From assembly GCA_013265495.1 (NCBI GenBank), contig MU057711.1, positions 1,550,001 to 1,614,000 on the forward strand: a stretch of DNA of 64,000 nt, in the 5' to 3' direction. Made by a program: the position numbers and the translations under genes. The first letter of the stretch is position 1. Each line of letters starts with the position of its first letter. This DNA is from Vicugna vicugna (Eukaryota). The notes under the pieces are model-generated. The model saw nothing but the letters and a program-made list of their open reading frames with translations. It did not search any database and was not told the DNA's origin. Positions 63,351-64,000 of this stretch are shown here, one piece after another.

Positions 63351-64000
63351 AAGGTACTTATTGAATTATCCAATGAGCGACCAATTTAATTAAAGCCAAG
63401 AGCTCCCCCAAAACCAGTGACCATCCTCAAGCCCCAGATGTTTATTTCTAGCAATTCTGGCTGGGAAATTGGGTCCCTCCAACTTTGTTATAGTGATTGT
63501 GACCTGAATGTCCTTTATTCAGAACAAGGCTGTGAGGACTGTGCTCCTGCCCTCCACACCATCATCTCATCACTGCCGCTCCCCAGGCGCCCTGTCCCTA
63601 ACATGGGGCCAACTTGGCCCCCAGCCTCCCAGGCATCCTGCACCCACCCCGTTCTGCTGACTGCACAGCCCTGTCTTCTCCAGGCTAAGAAGGGTCAAGG
63701 CCCTGGGACAGGGTTCCTTCAGCTGTACCCACAGCAGGAACGCAGGCACAGGTCCCAGTCCCAAGGGAGAGGGCCAGGAGAAGGTGGGGAGAGGATGCTG
63801 GAGGGAGATGGGGACTGGAAGGGAGCAGGACCAAAGTCAAAGGGAGGAAACGGGCCACTCCCTCCTAAGCCATGAGCAGCAACAAACGCAATCGTGAGCG
63901 GTCTGTCCGGGCACTTCACTGTGTCCAAAGCACCTTCTCATCTGCTACACCTCCTATTCCCAGCGAGGACACAGAGGTTTGGAGGAGGCAAAGATCTTGC

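Noticed and set aside
1..64000. Assigning a named gene or chromosomal locus
   Set aside because: No intact coding exon is present and I do not recognise the promoter sequence, so naming it would be a guess.

Overview
Mammalian genomic DNA, most likely a camelid, judged from three tRNA-derived SINEs of the camelid vic-1 type. The window opens in a CpG island/promoter (1-~1500), then runs AT-rich to about 38 kb and GC-richer afterwards. It is dense in old eutherian repeats (L1, L2, MIR, MLT/ERVL LTRs, hAT MITEs). I see no intact protein-coding gene, RNA gene or CRISPR array; the supplied ORFs are noise or L1 remnants. The main finding is a set of short, mostly AG/GT-bounded segments on the + strand between ~3.3 kb and ~27.75 kb. 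In order, their translations resemble successive parts of a DUF4200 coiled-coil ciliary protein (CCDC42/CFAP73/CFAP100/CCDC38 family) but carry stops and frameshifts, so this is probably a decayed multi-exon unitary pseudogene downstream of the CpG island. The family match was made by eye against remembered sequences and needs an HMM/TBLASTN test. Other notable items are several repeat-free, motif-dense blocks that look like conserved non-coding enhancers, a tail-less internal L1 fragment between 16-bp direct repeats, a three-layer nested insertion (MIR > MER3 > L1), a doubled 20-bp palindrome and a 95-bp tandem duplication.
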